Positions 10,514 through 20,580 of a stretch of DNA of 64,000 bases are shown piece by piece. How positions within the stretch are numbered: position 1 is the first letter of the stretch; every line of letters starts with the position of its first letter. Under the pieces are notes generated by a model, which saw only the letters and a program-made list of their open reading frames with translations, was not told where the DNA came from and searched no databases. The translations under genes were made by a program, and so were the position numbers. Where the stretch lies: positions 1 to 64,000 of the IMG/VR virus record IMGVR_UViG_3300033153_015063; one strand, 5' to 3'.

Positions 10514-11053
10514 TTACCTCTTGTAGAAGAACCATGCGAGTCCGACGCCAATGAAACCGCCTGCGATGTCATAAAGGAAATCATCCATCGTATCAGCATA
10601 GAACATACCGAGTGGTGCAGGTGTCACCTCTACTAACTCCCACAGAAGATACTCAACCATCTCGATAAAATACCCAAACAATACCACCATACTCATAGAA
10701 ACCAATAGTATTAACCATCCACTTTCCAGATGACGGGACCAGAGACGATAAGCCATAATACCTACAAGGAAATGAATTGATAGGTGGATGTAATTATCAA
10801 AACCATTGTCCCACCAACCATAAAACGTGGCAAATCCAGATGTGATGGTAACAGCACACACACCTATCGAGACGACGTGATTGACGTCGTTGTACAGGCT
10901 GTAGATAAAAAAGCCCACAACTCCTCCTACGTATATCACATAGGTCCACGCCACGTTTGACCTGGCCTCTTTTAGCCAGAACCAGGACATTATGGCTGAT
11001 GTGGAGAGTAGAAGAATGAGGTTGAACCAGGCCTTTTGTTTATTGTCAATCAC
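10514..11053 (-). CDS. Membrane protein (DUF2238/VanZ-like)
   Basis: FDNYIH, EMVEY, DTMDD motifs between TM helices. Confidence 0.55.
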   Translation of the reverse strand: MIDNKQKAWFNLILLLSTSAIMSWFWLKEARSNVAWTYVIYVGGVVGFFIYSLYNDVNHVVSIGVCAVTITSGFATFYGWWDNGFDNYIHLSIHFLVGIMAYRLWSRHLESGWLILLVSMSMVVLFGYFIEMVEYLLWELVEVTPAPLGMFYADTMDDFLYDIAGGFIGVGLAWFFYKR

Positions 11054-11091
11054 GACTAGTAGAAAGGTTAACTACTATTTAAGGTGATTGT

Positions 11092-11170
11092 GTAACAAAC
11101 TAGCATACTTGGAGTTTGTTACGATTGAGATGGAGAGTTTGTTACGATTTGAGAATGGAGTTTGTTACGA
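11092..11170. repeat. Iteron-like repeats GAGTTTGTTACGA x3 (23-bp period) plus one inverted copy
   Basis: Copies at 11112, 11135, 11158; inverted GTAACAAACT at 11092-11101. Confidence 0.85.
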
Positions 11171-11219
11171 ATTTTTGGGGGAGAAACCTCTCGGTAGTCT
11201 ACAGTAATAACCCAAAGCC

Positions 11220-11708
11220 TCATTTATCGGATGGTTCTTCGAGGCCGAGTTTCTCCAACGTAGTCTCCCATGAGGTCTTGAAGGCATCGTAAGATAGCTG
11301 CTGTTGTTCCATCTCCTCCAACGGGCCGCCAGTAACCTTCAACTGGAACTTCAGTTGTAAAATGTTGGTAAGGGTGAAGAAGAAAGCTGCGTGGAACTTG
11401 TCTCCTATTTCTTCACAGAAACCAGCAGCTCCTAACATCATCTCCATTATGGTTTTTGCATTGAGTGGATTTGTAGATTCCATCTCTTTGATGGTAATCC
11501 ATAAGAAATAGTCTCTGACATCGGCCAACATCACTGTGGATTCATCTGGAGTAAACTTAACAACTTTAAGGTTATCACAACAATGATGATATTTATCATA
11601 ATAGGGTATCTCTTTAAAGCATCCTTGCTGTTCAACCTCGGTTCTGACGATGAAGAGAACCAGTTCATTATGAAAAACGGCCAGATCCTTCAGATAATTG
11701 TTATTCAT
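11220..11708 (-). CDS. Hypothetical protein
   Basis: ORF downstream of gyrB. Confidence 0.55.
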   Translation of the reverse strand: MNNNYLKDLAVFHNELVLFIVRTEVEQQGCFKEIPYYDKYHHCCDNLKVVKFTPDESTVMLADVRDYFLWITIKEMESTNPLNAKTIMEMMLGAAGFCEEIGDKFHAAFFFTLTNILQLKFQLKVTGGPLEEMEQQQLSYDAFKTSWETTLEKLGLEEPSDK

Positions 11709-11759
11709 ATTCTCACCATCAAAAATTCATTACTCTCGAAATCACTACATCAACCTCAG

Positions 11760-13721
11760 TTACACTTCCACCTCAGCTTCGAGTGCGTGTAAGAAGATAA
11801 AATCACGGCGGTGGCTCGGGTCCGTACCCATCAACTCCTCGAAAGCATTGGCCGTTGCCTCTTCATCCTCTATCTTGACCTGTATCAGAGTTCTACTATC
11901 AGGGTCCATCGTGGTTTCCCATAACTGGTCTGAGTTCATCTCACCCAGACCTTTGTATCGTTGAATCTCCATCTTACCAGTCCTGGTCAGCATCTTCTCA
12001 ACTACCTGTTCCTTCTCTTCCTCATTTATAACGTAGACAACTGAACGGCCCTTCGTTATTTTGTAGAGTGGAGGGCAAGCAACGAACACATGACCCTCTC
12101 TTATAAGAGTTGGGAGATATCTGAAAAAGAAGGTTAGTATAAGTATCTGGATATGGGCCCCATCTTCATCAGCATCACACATTATTATTATACGATTATA
12201 TCTGAGGTCATCATAATTGAAAATGCCAGTCAACTCGATCCCTGTCCCTATTACAGAAATCATCGACTGTATTTCACGGTTCTTCAGCACCTGACCCACG
12301 TCTACCTTCTCGACATTCCGCACTTTTCCTCGAAGAGGAAGAATTGCCTGTGTACGTCTGTCACGACCCTGTTTTGCCGTCCCACCGGCCGAGTTACCCT
12401 CTACTATGAACAACTCACACTCATCAGTATTCCGTGATGAACATGGTACGAACGATCCCTGGCTTTTCGGTAAGCCTCGCCTCTTACCTTTAGTTGCTTC
12501 TCTGGCCCTCTTGGCAGCCTCACGGGCCTTCCTCGAAGTGATTGCCCTTTCCACTATCAGCTTCGACTCTCGGATGTTTTTATCCAACCACTTCGACAGG
12601 TGCTCAGATACGACGTTATCAACTATTTTTCTGACCTCGGCGTTACCCAATCTGTACTTGGTCTGACCCATGAACTCTGGCTCAGGGACCTTCAAGGATA
12701 TTATTGATACGAGACCTTCTCTCACGTCTTCACCGCTGAGGGAACCATTCTTGTTGAGTCCGTGCTTCTCCGAGAATGAATTGATGGTCCTGGTGAAAGC
12801 AGACCTGAACCCCGCTGCGTGGGTTCCGCCTTCGATGGTTGGGATATTGTTGACGAAGGAAAGGAAGGTCTCACCATCGGCATAAGTATAGTAGAAGCCA
12901 ATCTCCACCAGCACTTCATCCCTGGTCTGGGAAATATACTCTGGTTTGTGGTGAATGGCACTCTTGTTACCTTTCAATTTCAAAACATAATCTTTCAAAC
13001 CACCTTTATGATGGTAGATAACCTCGTCCTCGTCGAGGTAGGTAAAGATGATAGCCAGACCGGGATTGAGATACGCCAGTTCATCACAGCGTTTTGAAAT
13101 CCTCTCCTCTGAAAATTTCCTAGGCCCGAACATCGTCTGGTCTGGCCTGAACCTGATAAGAGTTCCGGTCCCTCTCACCGGAACCTCCGTCAACTCCCTG
13201 GGTATCGAAGCATCCGTTAATTTCTTCGTGGTCGATTTGGTTAACGACAGCCGTGAAATTGGGGCATTAGCAACCCCCCGGGTGTATGACACCATCCAGA
13301 GCTTGTTTTGACGCCATACGTATGCTTCCAGGGTATCAGACAGGGCATTGGTCACCGACACCCCAACACCATGTAACCCACCAGAGACCTTGTAAGCACA
13401 CTTGTCAAACTTACCACCAGCATAGAGTGAGGTAAGAACCACCTCCAGGGCACTGGAACCACCGAACCTGGGGTCAGGATGCTTTCCAGTGGGGATACCC
13501 CTACCATTATCCTTGATGCTGACAAATCCACCTTTTTCAACGACTATGTTTATCTGGTCACAATAACCTGCGAGTGCCTCATCAATCGAGTTGTCGAGTA
13601 CCTCCCACAGCAGACGATGGAAACCACCTTCACCAACGTCATCAATGAACATGGCCGGACGTTTTCTGACTGCGTCAATACCATCAAGAGCTACGATGTC
13701 TTTGGCAGTATAACTTCCCAT
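11760..13721 (-). CDS. gyrB: Type IIA topoisomerase / DNA gyrase subunit B
   Basis: VRKRPAMF, EVLDNSIDE, DNGRGIP, SGGLHGVG, EGNSAGG, PLRGK, DADEDG, RYKGLGEM. Confidence 0.95.
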   Translation of the reverse strand: MGSYTAKDIVALDGIDAVRKRPAMFIDDVGEGGFHRLLWEVLDNSIDEALAGYCDQINIVVEKGGFVSIKDNGRGIPTGKHPDPRFGGSSALEVVLTSLYAGGKFDKCAYKVSGGLHGVGVSVTNALSDTLEAYVWRQNKLWMVSYTRGVANAPISRLSLTKSTTKKLTDASIPRELTEVPVRGTGTLIRFRPDQTMFGPRKFSEERISKRCDELAYLNPGLAIIFTYLDEDEVIYHHKGGLKDYVLKLKGNKSAIHHKPEYISQTRDEVLVEIGFYYTYADGETFLSFVNNIPTIEGGTHAAGFRSAFTRTINSFSEKHGLNKNGSLSGEDVREGLVSIISLKVPEPEFMGQTKYRLGNAEVRKIVDNVVSEHLSKWLDKNIRESKLIVERAITSRKAREAAKRAREATKGKRRGLPKSQGSFVPCSSRNTDECELFIVEGNSAGGTAKQGRDRRTQAILPLRGKVRNVEKVDVGQVLKNREIQSMISVIGTGIELTGIFNYDDLRYNRIIIMCDADEDGAHIQILILTFFFRYLPTLIREGHVFVACPPLYKITKGRSVVYVINEEEKEQVVEKMLTRTGKMEIQRYKGLGEMNSDQLWETTMDPDSRTLIQVKIEDEEATANAFEELMGTDPSHRRDFIFLHALEAEVEV

Positions 13722-13726
13722 CCGTT

Positions 13727-13984
13727 TTACTCCTTTTTGATGATTACAACGGAATGGATACTATCATCAACTTTAATCTTCATTGTAGATAACACATCTT
13801 TGATATCGTTCTGGAGAGTTGCCAGGTCACAGTTCGGTGTATGACCTGGTACCAATCTGTGACACATTGGGCACATGTTATGGAACTCTCCGCTGCACCA
13901 CTGAAGATTCTCGAACAGCATCTCGAAGCAACGCTTTAGTAATGGTGTCGTTCTACCCAGAGTGGATACAGCATCCTCTATCAT
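13727..13984 (-). CDS. Hypothetical protein
   Basis: ORF between promoter box and gyrB. Confidence 0.5.
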   Translation of the reverse strand: MIEDAVSTLGRTTPLLKRCFEMLFENLQWCSGEFHNMCPMCHRLVPGHTPNCDLATLQNDIKDVLSTMKIKVDDSIHSVVIIKKE

Positions 13985-14060
13985 ACAAAGAAGATAGTAG
14001 AACGTGTTTAAAAAGAAGATGGTGAGAAAAAAGGGTTGGGGGTGGTGTATGTAGTTATTT

Positions 14061-14993
14061 TCAATCCCGGGGGTCAGGAGTGTTGTCGGCGGTCCAGGGA
14101 GTCAGGTCCTCGACCCACCCCTTCGGGACATAGGTGCTGAAGAACCCAACCTCGTCGGAGTACTTCTCCAGTTGGGTCATTGCCTCCCGCTCGTCCTTGG
14201 CGGTCACTCCGACCCGGGCCCCGCAGATAGGTCCGATTCCAGTGATGACAGAGACCGGGTTGGTCAATGTCCTACCACAGATGTGACAAAGGGAATGGGG
14301 GGTTGTGTCGAATCGGGCGGTCACTTTGTACGCCTTCCCCGACTTACTCTCGGAGAGCTTGTAGACCTTCCACCGCCGCATAACAACCCGCTCCTCGTCC
14401 CATCCCAGGTCGTCCACGAAGCACCGTTGCTTCTTTTTCATGCCATACTTCGTCAGTGTGAGGATGTGGGTCGGGTCGGTCCCGGGGTCGGCGGTCTGGT
14501 AAGTGAACTTACCCTGGCCCTGGTTCTTCTGGGCATGTTCCTTCTCCTGCTTCTTGTTCTGGTTCCGCCGCCACTGGACTGCACCCTCGTCCTCGTTGCA
14601 GTACCAGATGGCTTTGCCGACATGGGACTTGAAGGGCTTACCATCCTTGTCGGTGTGTTCGACCTTACAGAACCCGCCCGACTTTCCGCAACGGTTCGGA
14701 CAGCGGAGACAGGGTTCCTTCACGTAGTCGGGAGTGGGCATCTCATCGAGCTTCTTATCGGCATAGAACCTGTTGGCCTTCGGACAGGCACCGTTGTCAG
14801 CAAGATGGCGGCTGGTGTCAGGGTCGATGGTGTCTCCACCCCGGACAGCATCAGCAAGGAAAGTTTTGAAGATTCGGCAGTAGTTACCCTTTCCACCCCG
14901 GCTGGGACACTCCTTACAGGGGGCAGGGGCACTCTCTGGGGCAGGGGGCACTGATCTGGGGGCACTTGTCAAATGATATCCATATCCCATCAT
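14061..14993 (-). CDS. Cys-rich protein with DUF6011-like domain
   Basis: CHICGRTLTNPVSVITGIGPIC; AGGTGAT RBS. Confidence 0.65.
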   Translation of the reverse strand: MMGYGYHLTSAPRSVPPAPESAPAPCKECPSRGGKGNYCRIFKTFLADAVRGGDTIDPDTSRHLADNGACPKANRFYADKKLDEMPTPDYVKEPCLRCPNRCGKSGGFCKVEHTDKDGKPFKSHVGKAIWYCNEDEGAVQWRRNQNKKQEKEHAQKNQGQGKFTYQTADPGTDPTHILTLTKYGMKKKQRCFVDDLGWDEERVVMRRWKVYKLSESKSGKAYKVTARFDTTPHSLCHICGRTLTNPVSVITGIGPICGARVGVTAKDEREAMTQLEKYSDEVGFFSTYVPKGWVEDLTPWTADNTPDPRD

Positions 14994-15022
14994 ACATCAC
15001 CTAACTCTTACCCGCATCTTGG

Positions 15023-15064
15023 TCTTTATATAGTTTTGGCTGGGTTGACTGTAAAAAGCGTAAA
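15023..15064 (-). promoter_or_regulatory. Operator-class promoter 2
   Basis: ctttatata...gtaaaaagcgtaaa on + strand. Confidence 0.8.
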
Positions 15065-15120
15065 AGGGAGGGGAGGTTAGAACCTTTTAAATACTCCTCA
15101 GCCCATCCCACATTGATACC

Positions 15121-15714
15121 ATGACCGTCGTCGAAATCCCTCCAGGTTCAGGGAATAGATACCGCTATGAATATGAAGAGGGAGCTACGGTTTACAAAGG
15201 CCCGGTCGGCACGGCCCCGGAGCTTTCGGAGGGGGAGTTCCTGGAGATGTCCCAGGTTGTTGGCCAGAAAGAACGAAAACTCAAGACAGCCTTCGAGATA
15301 CTGGACCTCGATGAACAAAACCGTTACGATACTGGTCTTGGGGATGTTGATTATGATGTGATGAGTGACCCACCACAGATAGCACTCTGGATGGGAATCG
15401 ACAACCCCCTATCAGATTTCGAGGAGGAAGGATATCATAGTGGTGAATATGAAGTGAGCCAGAGGGACCAGGACAAGATGGGTAAATACTTCGAGGAGAA
15501 CTACAAGGGCATCTCCTTCGACCCATCTCATCTCAACAAACAGTACATCTCTGTGTGGTTCACCATCGAACCGACGATGCCCCCAGATACCAAAAATGAA
15601 GATAAACTCCGGGAATGGTTTGATGGAGAAATGAATAGGGCTTTCCAAGACACCGGGGCCAACAGTTTCAGGAATGATTTTCTCATCTACGGAGAAAAAT
15701 TAGAGTTCGACTAA
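15121..15714 (+). CDS. VEIPPGSG-module protein, copy 2 (acidic unknown cargo)
   Basis: N-terminal module; TTTAAATAC promoter identical to that of copy 12. Confidence 0.85.
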   Translation: MTVVEIPPGSGNRYRYEYEEGATVYKGPVGTAPELSEGEFLEMSQVVGQKERKLKTAFEILDLDEQNRYDTGLGDVDYDVMSDPPQIALWMGIDNPLSDFEEEGYHSGEYEVSQRDQDKMGKYFEENYKGISFDPSHLNKQYISVWFTIEPTMPPDTKNEDKLREWFDGEMNRAFQDTGANSFRNDFLIYGEKLEFD

Positions 15715-16040
15715 TCCTCTTCCCGAAATGTCTCCTCGATGTCGTAACAGTCGTGCCATGCTTTTTGGCAGCCCTCGATGTCATCGGGGTTGATGCCCTG
15801 GTCACGCATCCATGTGAGGTCTTCCCGGGTGTGCCGGGGCCAATCCTGCACAGCGGGAGAGTTTCCATCAGCAGCCTCGGCGTGGAGGGCCTCGAAAGCA
15901 CCAAGACCACTCAGGCCCGGGATTTTCCCGATTCTACGGGCATATTCGGTCCACTCATGGGCATCAAGTGTCTTTACTGCTGATGTCAGGTCATATCTTA
16001 ATGCTATCTTGTCCACTACTCCACTTCCGTCATCTGGCAA
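15711..16040 (-). CDS. Hypothetical protein
   Basis: Last gene of GC-rich operon. Confidence 0.5.
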   Translation of the reverse strand: MPDDGSGVVDKIALRYDLTSAVKTLDAHEWTEYARRIGKIPGLSGLGAFEALHAEAADGNSPAVQDWPRHTREDLTWMRDQGINPDDIEGCQKAWHDCYDIEETFREED

Positions 16041-16209
16041 CAGGCGATGGCACGGCGGACGGCTGCCTTGTTGTCAGCGAAGTTGCCGCTTCGCACAAAA
16101 CCCGACCAGCTCCCGTCCTCATCTTCATCCACCGTCACCTCTCCGAGGCGTCCGACCCAGAGATACCGGTATCCACCATCCACCTGGGGCCAGAGACCCT
16201 CGACCGGCA

Positions 16210-17058
16210 TCACTCATCCTCCTGACACGCTTCCGCCAGCCACTCGGCGACATCTTCGATCTCGATGTCTGGCGGGAGTTCCCAACCCTGGTCTGGGCCC
16301 AGATCGACGAGGGACTCCACGTGTTGCTTCCAGTCGTATTCTTCGTCTCCTGGGTCAGTCTCGTCCCCTTGCCAGTCATTCCAGAGCTGGATAAGTGCGG
16401 TCACTCGGTCTCCACCCACCCCATCATAGATACCAATGTCGAGGGCGATGGCTGGATTGGTAGGGTCCCCACAATCACACTCGTCCTCGTCCTCTGGTGT
16501 ATCAGCCATGAACTCTCGACACCTGGGGCAACGGCTCAGAGGCACCTCATAGGTCACACTGTTGCGGTTTCCACACTGGTTGACATCACCGGAGATGACG
16601 GTCCGGCGGACGCCGCAGATGGTACAGTGTTCTGAACTGGAAATTGCTGCGCCGTTGAGTCCCCAGACACCAGGGTTTTCTTTGATGCCACCCTCGATTT
16701 CCAGGGTAGAGTCCCACTTATGATCGCACTCAGGGTCCCCACCGACCCTCCGAACCATCTCCTCCTCGTTGTGTTCGAACACCACCTCGACGCTGTCACT
16801 CGCCTCCTCGGAGTCCTCGTCTCCATCTTTGTCTTCCCATTCCCGGGTGACCTCGACGTAGCCGGTCACTGAACCGCCCTCCACCTCCAGGTCACCCCAG
16901 TCCCCTGAGCGAATCCAATCCTCGATACCATCGTGGTTGGCATCGCCATCCCGGGCCACAGCGAGGGCATCTTCCAGCGATGATGCCTCGATTGGTTCTT
17001 GATCCTCGTAATAGCCGTCATGTCCATACGAGACTTCGTAGGTTTTCTCTCCAGTCAT
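16210..17058 (-). CDS. Acidic hypothetical protein with Zn-binding Cys pairs
   Basis: RBS AGGTGAT and operator promoter upstream. Confidence 0.65.
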   Translation of the reverse strand: MTGEKTYEVSYGHDGYYEDQEPIEASSLEDALAVARDGDANHDGIEDWIRSGDWGDLEVEGGSVTGYVEVTREWEDKDGDEDSEEASDSVEVVFEHNEEEMVRRVGGDPECDHKWDSTLEIEGGIKENPGVWGLNGAAISSSEHCTICGVRRTVISGDVNQCGNRNSVTYEVPLSRCPRCREFMADTPEDEDECDCGDPTNPAIALDIGIYDGVGGDRVTALIQLWNDWQGDETDPGDEEYDWKQHVESLVDLGPDQGWELPPDIEIEDVAEWLAEACQEDE

Positions 17059-17092
17059 GCTTTATCACCTGTTGCCTCTTACTAACAATCAG

Positions 17093-17134
17093 CCTTTATA
17101 TAGTTTCAGGCTTAGTAACCGTAAAAAGCGTAAA
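17093..17134 (-). promoter_or_regulatory. Operator-class promoter 3
   Basis: cctttatata...ccgtaaaaagcgtaaa. Confidence 0.8.
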
Positions 17135-17150
17135 AGGATCTATAGAAGAG

Positions 17151-17669
17151 CTACTTTCTCAGAGCGTCTCTCACTTTTTTATCCATACTTGGGGTGAAGT
17201 AGAAATCAATCCTGACGGTCTTTCCACTCGTCATATTCTCACGGTTACTGTGCATGTTCTTCACGGTAAATCGTTGATGGGTCTCAGCCTCGATAAATGT
17301 CCTGAAGTGAGCATCATCGACGGTCTCGCCCTCTTGTTGATGCACGTCGAGACCGTCGACGATTGATATTGGTTCTCCGTATGTGTTCTGGTAAGGTATA
17401 TCATTGTGCATCTTGATATATGATGCACCATCAACCATCAACGATGGCCTGATTACACCCCGTTCTACCAGCCTTTTCAACTGGTGTTGCTTCAGAGTTA
17501 TCTTCTCTGAGGGTTCCTCGGTATCAAATGCTGCCATGAACTCAGGTTCTGTAAGTACTGGAACATCCCCGACCGGCCCCTTGTAGACCGTAGATCCACC
17601 TTCGTACTCGTACCTGTAGCGGTTGCCTGATCCAGGAGGGATTTCAACGATGGATTGTGAGGGCATCAC
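17151..17669 (-). CDS. VEIPPGSG-module protein, copy 3
   Basis: SIVEIPPGSGNRYRYEYEGGSTVYKGPVGDVPVLTEPEF. Confidence 0.85.
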   Translation of the reverse strand: MMPSQSIVEIPPGSGNRYRYEYEGGSTVYKGPVGDVPVLTEPEFMAAFDTEEPSEKITLKQHQLKRLVERGVIRPSLMVDGASYIKMHNDIPYQNTYGEPISIVDGLDVHQQEGETVDDAHFRTFIEAETHQRFTVKNMHSNRENMTSGKTVRIDFYFTPSMDKKVRDALRK

Positions 17670-17705
17670 CCACTGTATAGATTCCGTCAGTAAAAAGCTT
17701 TTCCT

Positions 17706-18083
17706 TCATGGACTGTCACAGATAACATTATTGAGAAAATCTTCCTCTGATACAACTGTGATACCCTGGGACTGAGCCTTCTGGACCTTGGCAGTCCGTC
17801 CATGACGCCCTGTATTGGCATAGACCAGATATTGGGTCCCGGCACGAAGAGACGTATGGTAGGTCCATCCCTTCATCTCAACCCACTCTTCGAAATTCCC
17901 CTTACTCTTGAAGTTCTGGAGTTTTCCTGTTACTGCTACTGATGTAGGACTAACTGGTGGTTGTGGTTGTGGTGGTGGTCGACCCGACGACACTCCCTTG
18001 AAGTGTGTTTTGCAGTCCTTACAGAAGTGGACCTTACCATGACCCTTTGTATTGGTGCCATTACATTTTGGGCATCTCATCAT
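17706..18083 (-). CDS. Zn ribbon plus BRCT-domain protein
   Basis: VAVTGKL, TQYLV, KVQKAQSQGITVVSEEDF resemble ligase/RFC-type BRCT. Confidence 0.75.
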   Translation of the reverse strand: MMRCPKCNGTNTKGHGKVHFCKDCKTHFKGVSSGRPPPQPQPPVSPTSVAVTGKLQNFKSKGNFEEWVEMKGWTYHTSLRAGTQYLVYANTGRHGRTAKVQKAQSQGITVVSEEDFLNNVICDSP

Positions 18084-18348
18084 TCGTCACCTCGGTGGTA
18101 TTACCTCAACTCCCGCTTCTCGATTGTGATGAAACTATTTATCTCCCAATAGTCAGGATTCCCATTTTCATCTTTGGTGTTCACTTCGTCGGGGTCAACC
18201 CACTCGATGCCATCCCCTTCAGGTTCTTTTACAGGGATATAACCCCTCCGTTCCAGGAGATATTTCTCTGCCTTTTTTTTCGAGGTAAAAGCAACATCTA
18301 CATAATTTCCGGTCTCTCCATGTTCATAGATTATCCAGGCAAACGGCA

Positions 18349-18603
18349 TTACAATACCTCCTGAAGTGCCCAGTACTCGTTGGCCGACCGGGTCCATCTT
18401 GGTTGCCAGGGACAGTCTCGGCATCGGGTCTCCTTCTCACAGGCATCACAGAAATCCTCGCCAGGCACAGGACATATCTCCATCTTACCCTGCACATAAT
18501 TGGCCCCTCTGGGGAGTAACTTGCAGATACCGAAGATACCGTTCTTCCCCTTTCCCTTCTTCTCAAAGTTGGGGCAGCTCCGACACAGGGGCATCTGACC
18601 CAT
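18349..18603 (-). CDS. Small Cys-rich protein
   Basis: Multiple CxxC in operon. Confidence 0.45.
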   Translation of the reverse strand: MGQMPLCRSCPNFEKKGKGKNGIFGICKLLPRGANYVQGKMEICPVPGEDFCDACEKETRCRDCPWQPRWTRSANEYWALQEVL

Positions 18604-18766
18604 TACAATACCTCAAAGATAGTAACGGTTGGGTTATCTCCCAGATGTACCAGGTAACTGGACAGAACGTCCTCGGAGACCCAAGCTCTGACAATCGAAC
18701 CGGTATCAGTCAAATACATCACATTACTCATCATCACACATCACCTAACTCTTACCTGACATTTGG

Positions 18767-18807
18767 TCTTTATATACTTTCAGGATTTCTAACTGTAAAA
18801 AGCGTAA
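18767..18807 (-). promoter_or_regulatory. Operator-class promoter 4
   Basis: tctttatatac...ctgtaaaaagcgtaa. Confidence 0.75.
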
Positions 18808-18884
18808 TAGAATCTACACCATCCCTCATCACCCATCCCTCATCACCCGAACTCTTTAAATACAACCATTCCTATTCCCTGGAC

Positions 18885-19226
18885 ATGACCAGAATAGAGT
18901 TTGATGTCACCAGGGCAGACCTCGTTGGATCGAGTTTTATTGCCTTCCTGATTATGTCCATTGCTATAACAATGGATTTCCTTGGTATAGGTGGTGGGCT
19001 TCAATTCGACCTATGGATGTATGTTGTATTAATAATATTCCTAATACCAATCTCTTTGGTGATGTTTCAGACAATCGCAAAAATAACAAATGATTTTATT
19101 GCGTCTGGTATCTGGATAGCATTCCCCTGGATTTTCACTACCATAGCACCAAACCAATTGATTGATGTTGGTGTCTGGTTCGTAATGATAGGAACTCTTC
19201 TATGGTTCCTGTGGGAATCGGTCTAG
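18885..19226 (+). CDS. Small membrane protein
   Basis: MTRIEFD start after CGAACTCTTTAAATAC box; about 4 TM segments. Confidence 0.65.
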   Translation: MTRIEFDVTRADLVGSSFIAFLIMSIAITMDFLGIGGGLQFDLWMYVVLIIFLIPISLVMFQTIAKITNDFIASGIWIAFPWIFTTIAPNQLIDVGVWFVMIGTLLWFLWESV

Positions 19227-19828
19227 GAAAGGTAGGCGTTGACTTCGTAACGTCCTGTATCGTGCCTGTACCATGAGAGTACCAGGATGGAGTTTTTGAT
19301 TACCTTCCACTCTTCGTCACCTACATCGTCTTTGAATACCCTGGCCATCTCGATACGGGCCCTACCTTCTCTTCCCAACAACATCCCACTCCAACGAGTA
19401 TAATCCTCCTGAAGTGGGACCACCCCGTTATCTTCCATCGACTCAAAGATGTCGTCCAGGGGAATCGCACGATGATAGTGGCTGGTCAAAGGGTACAACT
19501 TATCATTGATTTTATTTTTGATGTTTTTTGGGAGAGTGACCTGGTTTTTAAAATCAGCCACCAGTGGCGGTTTGACCTCGAATTGCTCAAGAGAAAAGTG
19601 TTTTTTGCACCTGTTACACCATATCGTTTTACCCCGGCGAACGATGTCAGATGACCCACATTCGATACAGGTTGTACTCAGGACAACACCTTCACTCATT
19701 GCCTGAATGAAGCGTTCCTCATCCAGGGCTGGTGCATTGCCGACCGGCCCCTTGTAAACCGTAGCTCCCTCTTCGTAGACATACCTATAGCGGTTACCTG
19801 AGCCTTCTGGGATTTCAACGGTGGTCAT
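19223..19828 (-). CDS. VEIPPGSG-module protein, copy 4 (module, Zn ribbon, unknown domain)
   Basis: MTTVEIPEGSGNRYRYVYEEGATVYKGPVG; WCNRCKKHF. Confidence 0.85.
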   Translation of the reverse strand: MTTVEIPEGSGNRYRYVYEEGATVYKGPVGNAPALDEERFIQAMSEGVVLSTTCIECGSSDIVRRGKTIWCNRCKKHFSLEQFEVKPPLVADFKNQVTLPKNIKNKINDKLYPLTSHYHRAIPLDDIFESMEDNGVVPLQEDYTRWSGMLLGREGRARIEMARVFKDDVGDEEWKVIKNSILVLSWYRHDTGRYEVNAYLS

Positions 19829-19860
19829 CAAGGAATACAATGGGTGTTGAGTATAAAAGA

Positions 19861-20580
19861 TTAACTGTCCAACAGCCCCAATCTCTTTACCGCAGCCCTG
19901 ATGGTACTCGGATTTCTCTTCAACATCATGGCTATCTTACTGGCCCTCTTTTCTTCCGGGATCGTCATTTTTCCAAACTCTTTTATGATGAATTGATTTT
20001 CCTCATCACTCATGGGTATTCTTACTCTCATCTTTCGGCCCATGACATGTGACCTTCTTTCAACTACCTTCAATCCAACGTTTTCCCCCATCTTTTCTGA
20101 TACATAATCTTTCAATACTCTACAGTTGATATCTGAAAATCCATTATCGTTCATATAATCTTTGATAATATTATCAATTCGGATGTTTCTTTCTTCCTCT
20201 ATCTCGCTTCTCGAAGAAAGTCCGAGTTGTTTTGCCTGTTGATTAACAGTAGATACGTCCCGCTTCAAAGTATCTGCGATCTCATTTGAAGTCATTTTAT
20301 ACCAGTTCGATTCGATAAAGTCATTTTCATCTCTTTTGAATTTCTTCTTGACTCTTCTCATACCTACTACGTCTTTTTCTTCTATCTCTACTCCCTCTTT
20401 CTTCATCCTGAGCGATTCTGAAAGCATCTCTCTCAAATTACCATCTACCCCAACCTTTGCTGCCAGTAGTTGGCAGCTTGTACAGAGAAAACGGAGTGTC
20501 TGACCCTCCTTGGTGATTATAAAGGAGTGACCACCACAATCACAGGATAAGGTATCGAGCCCATCGAAATCATCCCACAT
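19861..20580 (-). CDS. Putative DNA-binding protein (HTH/Myb-like repeats)
   Basis: EIADTLKRDVSTV and IAMMLKRNPSTI repeats. Confidence 0.6.
   Translation of the reverse strand: MWDDFDGLDTLSCDCGGHSFIITKEGQTLRFLCTSCQLLAAKVGVDGNLREMLSESLRMKKEGVEIEEKDVVGMRRVKKKFKRDENDFIESNWYKMTSNEIADTLKRDVSTVNQQAKQLGLSSRSEIEEERNIRIDNIIKDYMNDNGFSDINCRVLKDYVSEKMGENVGLKVVERRSHVMGRKMRVRIPMSDEENQFIIKEFGKMTIPEEKRASKIAMMLKRNPSTIRAAVKRLGLLDS

Noticed and set aside
14172-16635. Long plus-strand ORFs (14172-14954, 15778-16635) and similar antisense ORFs elsewhere
   Set aside because: Shadow frames opposite GC-rich genes that have RBS, promoter and recognisable motifs.
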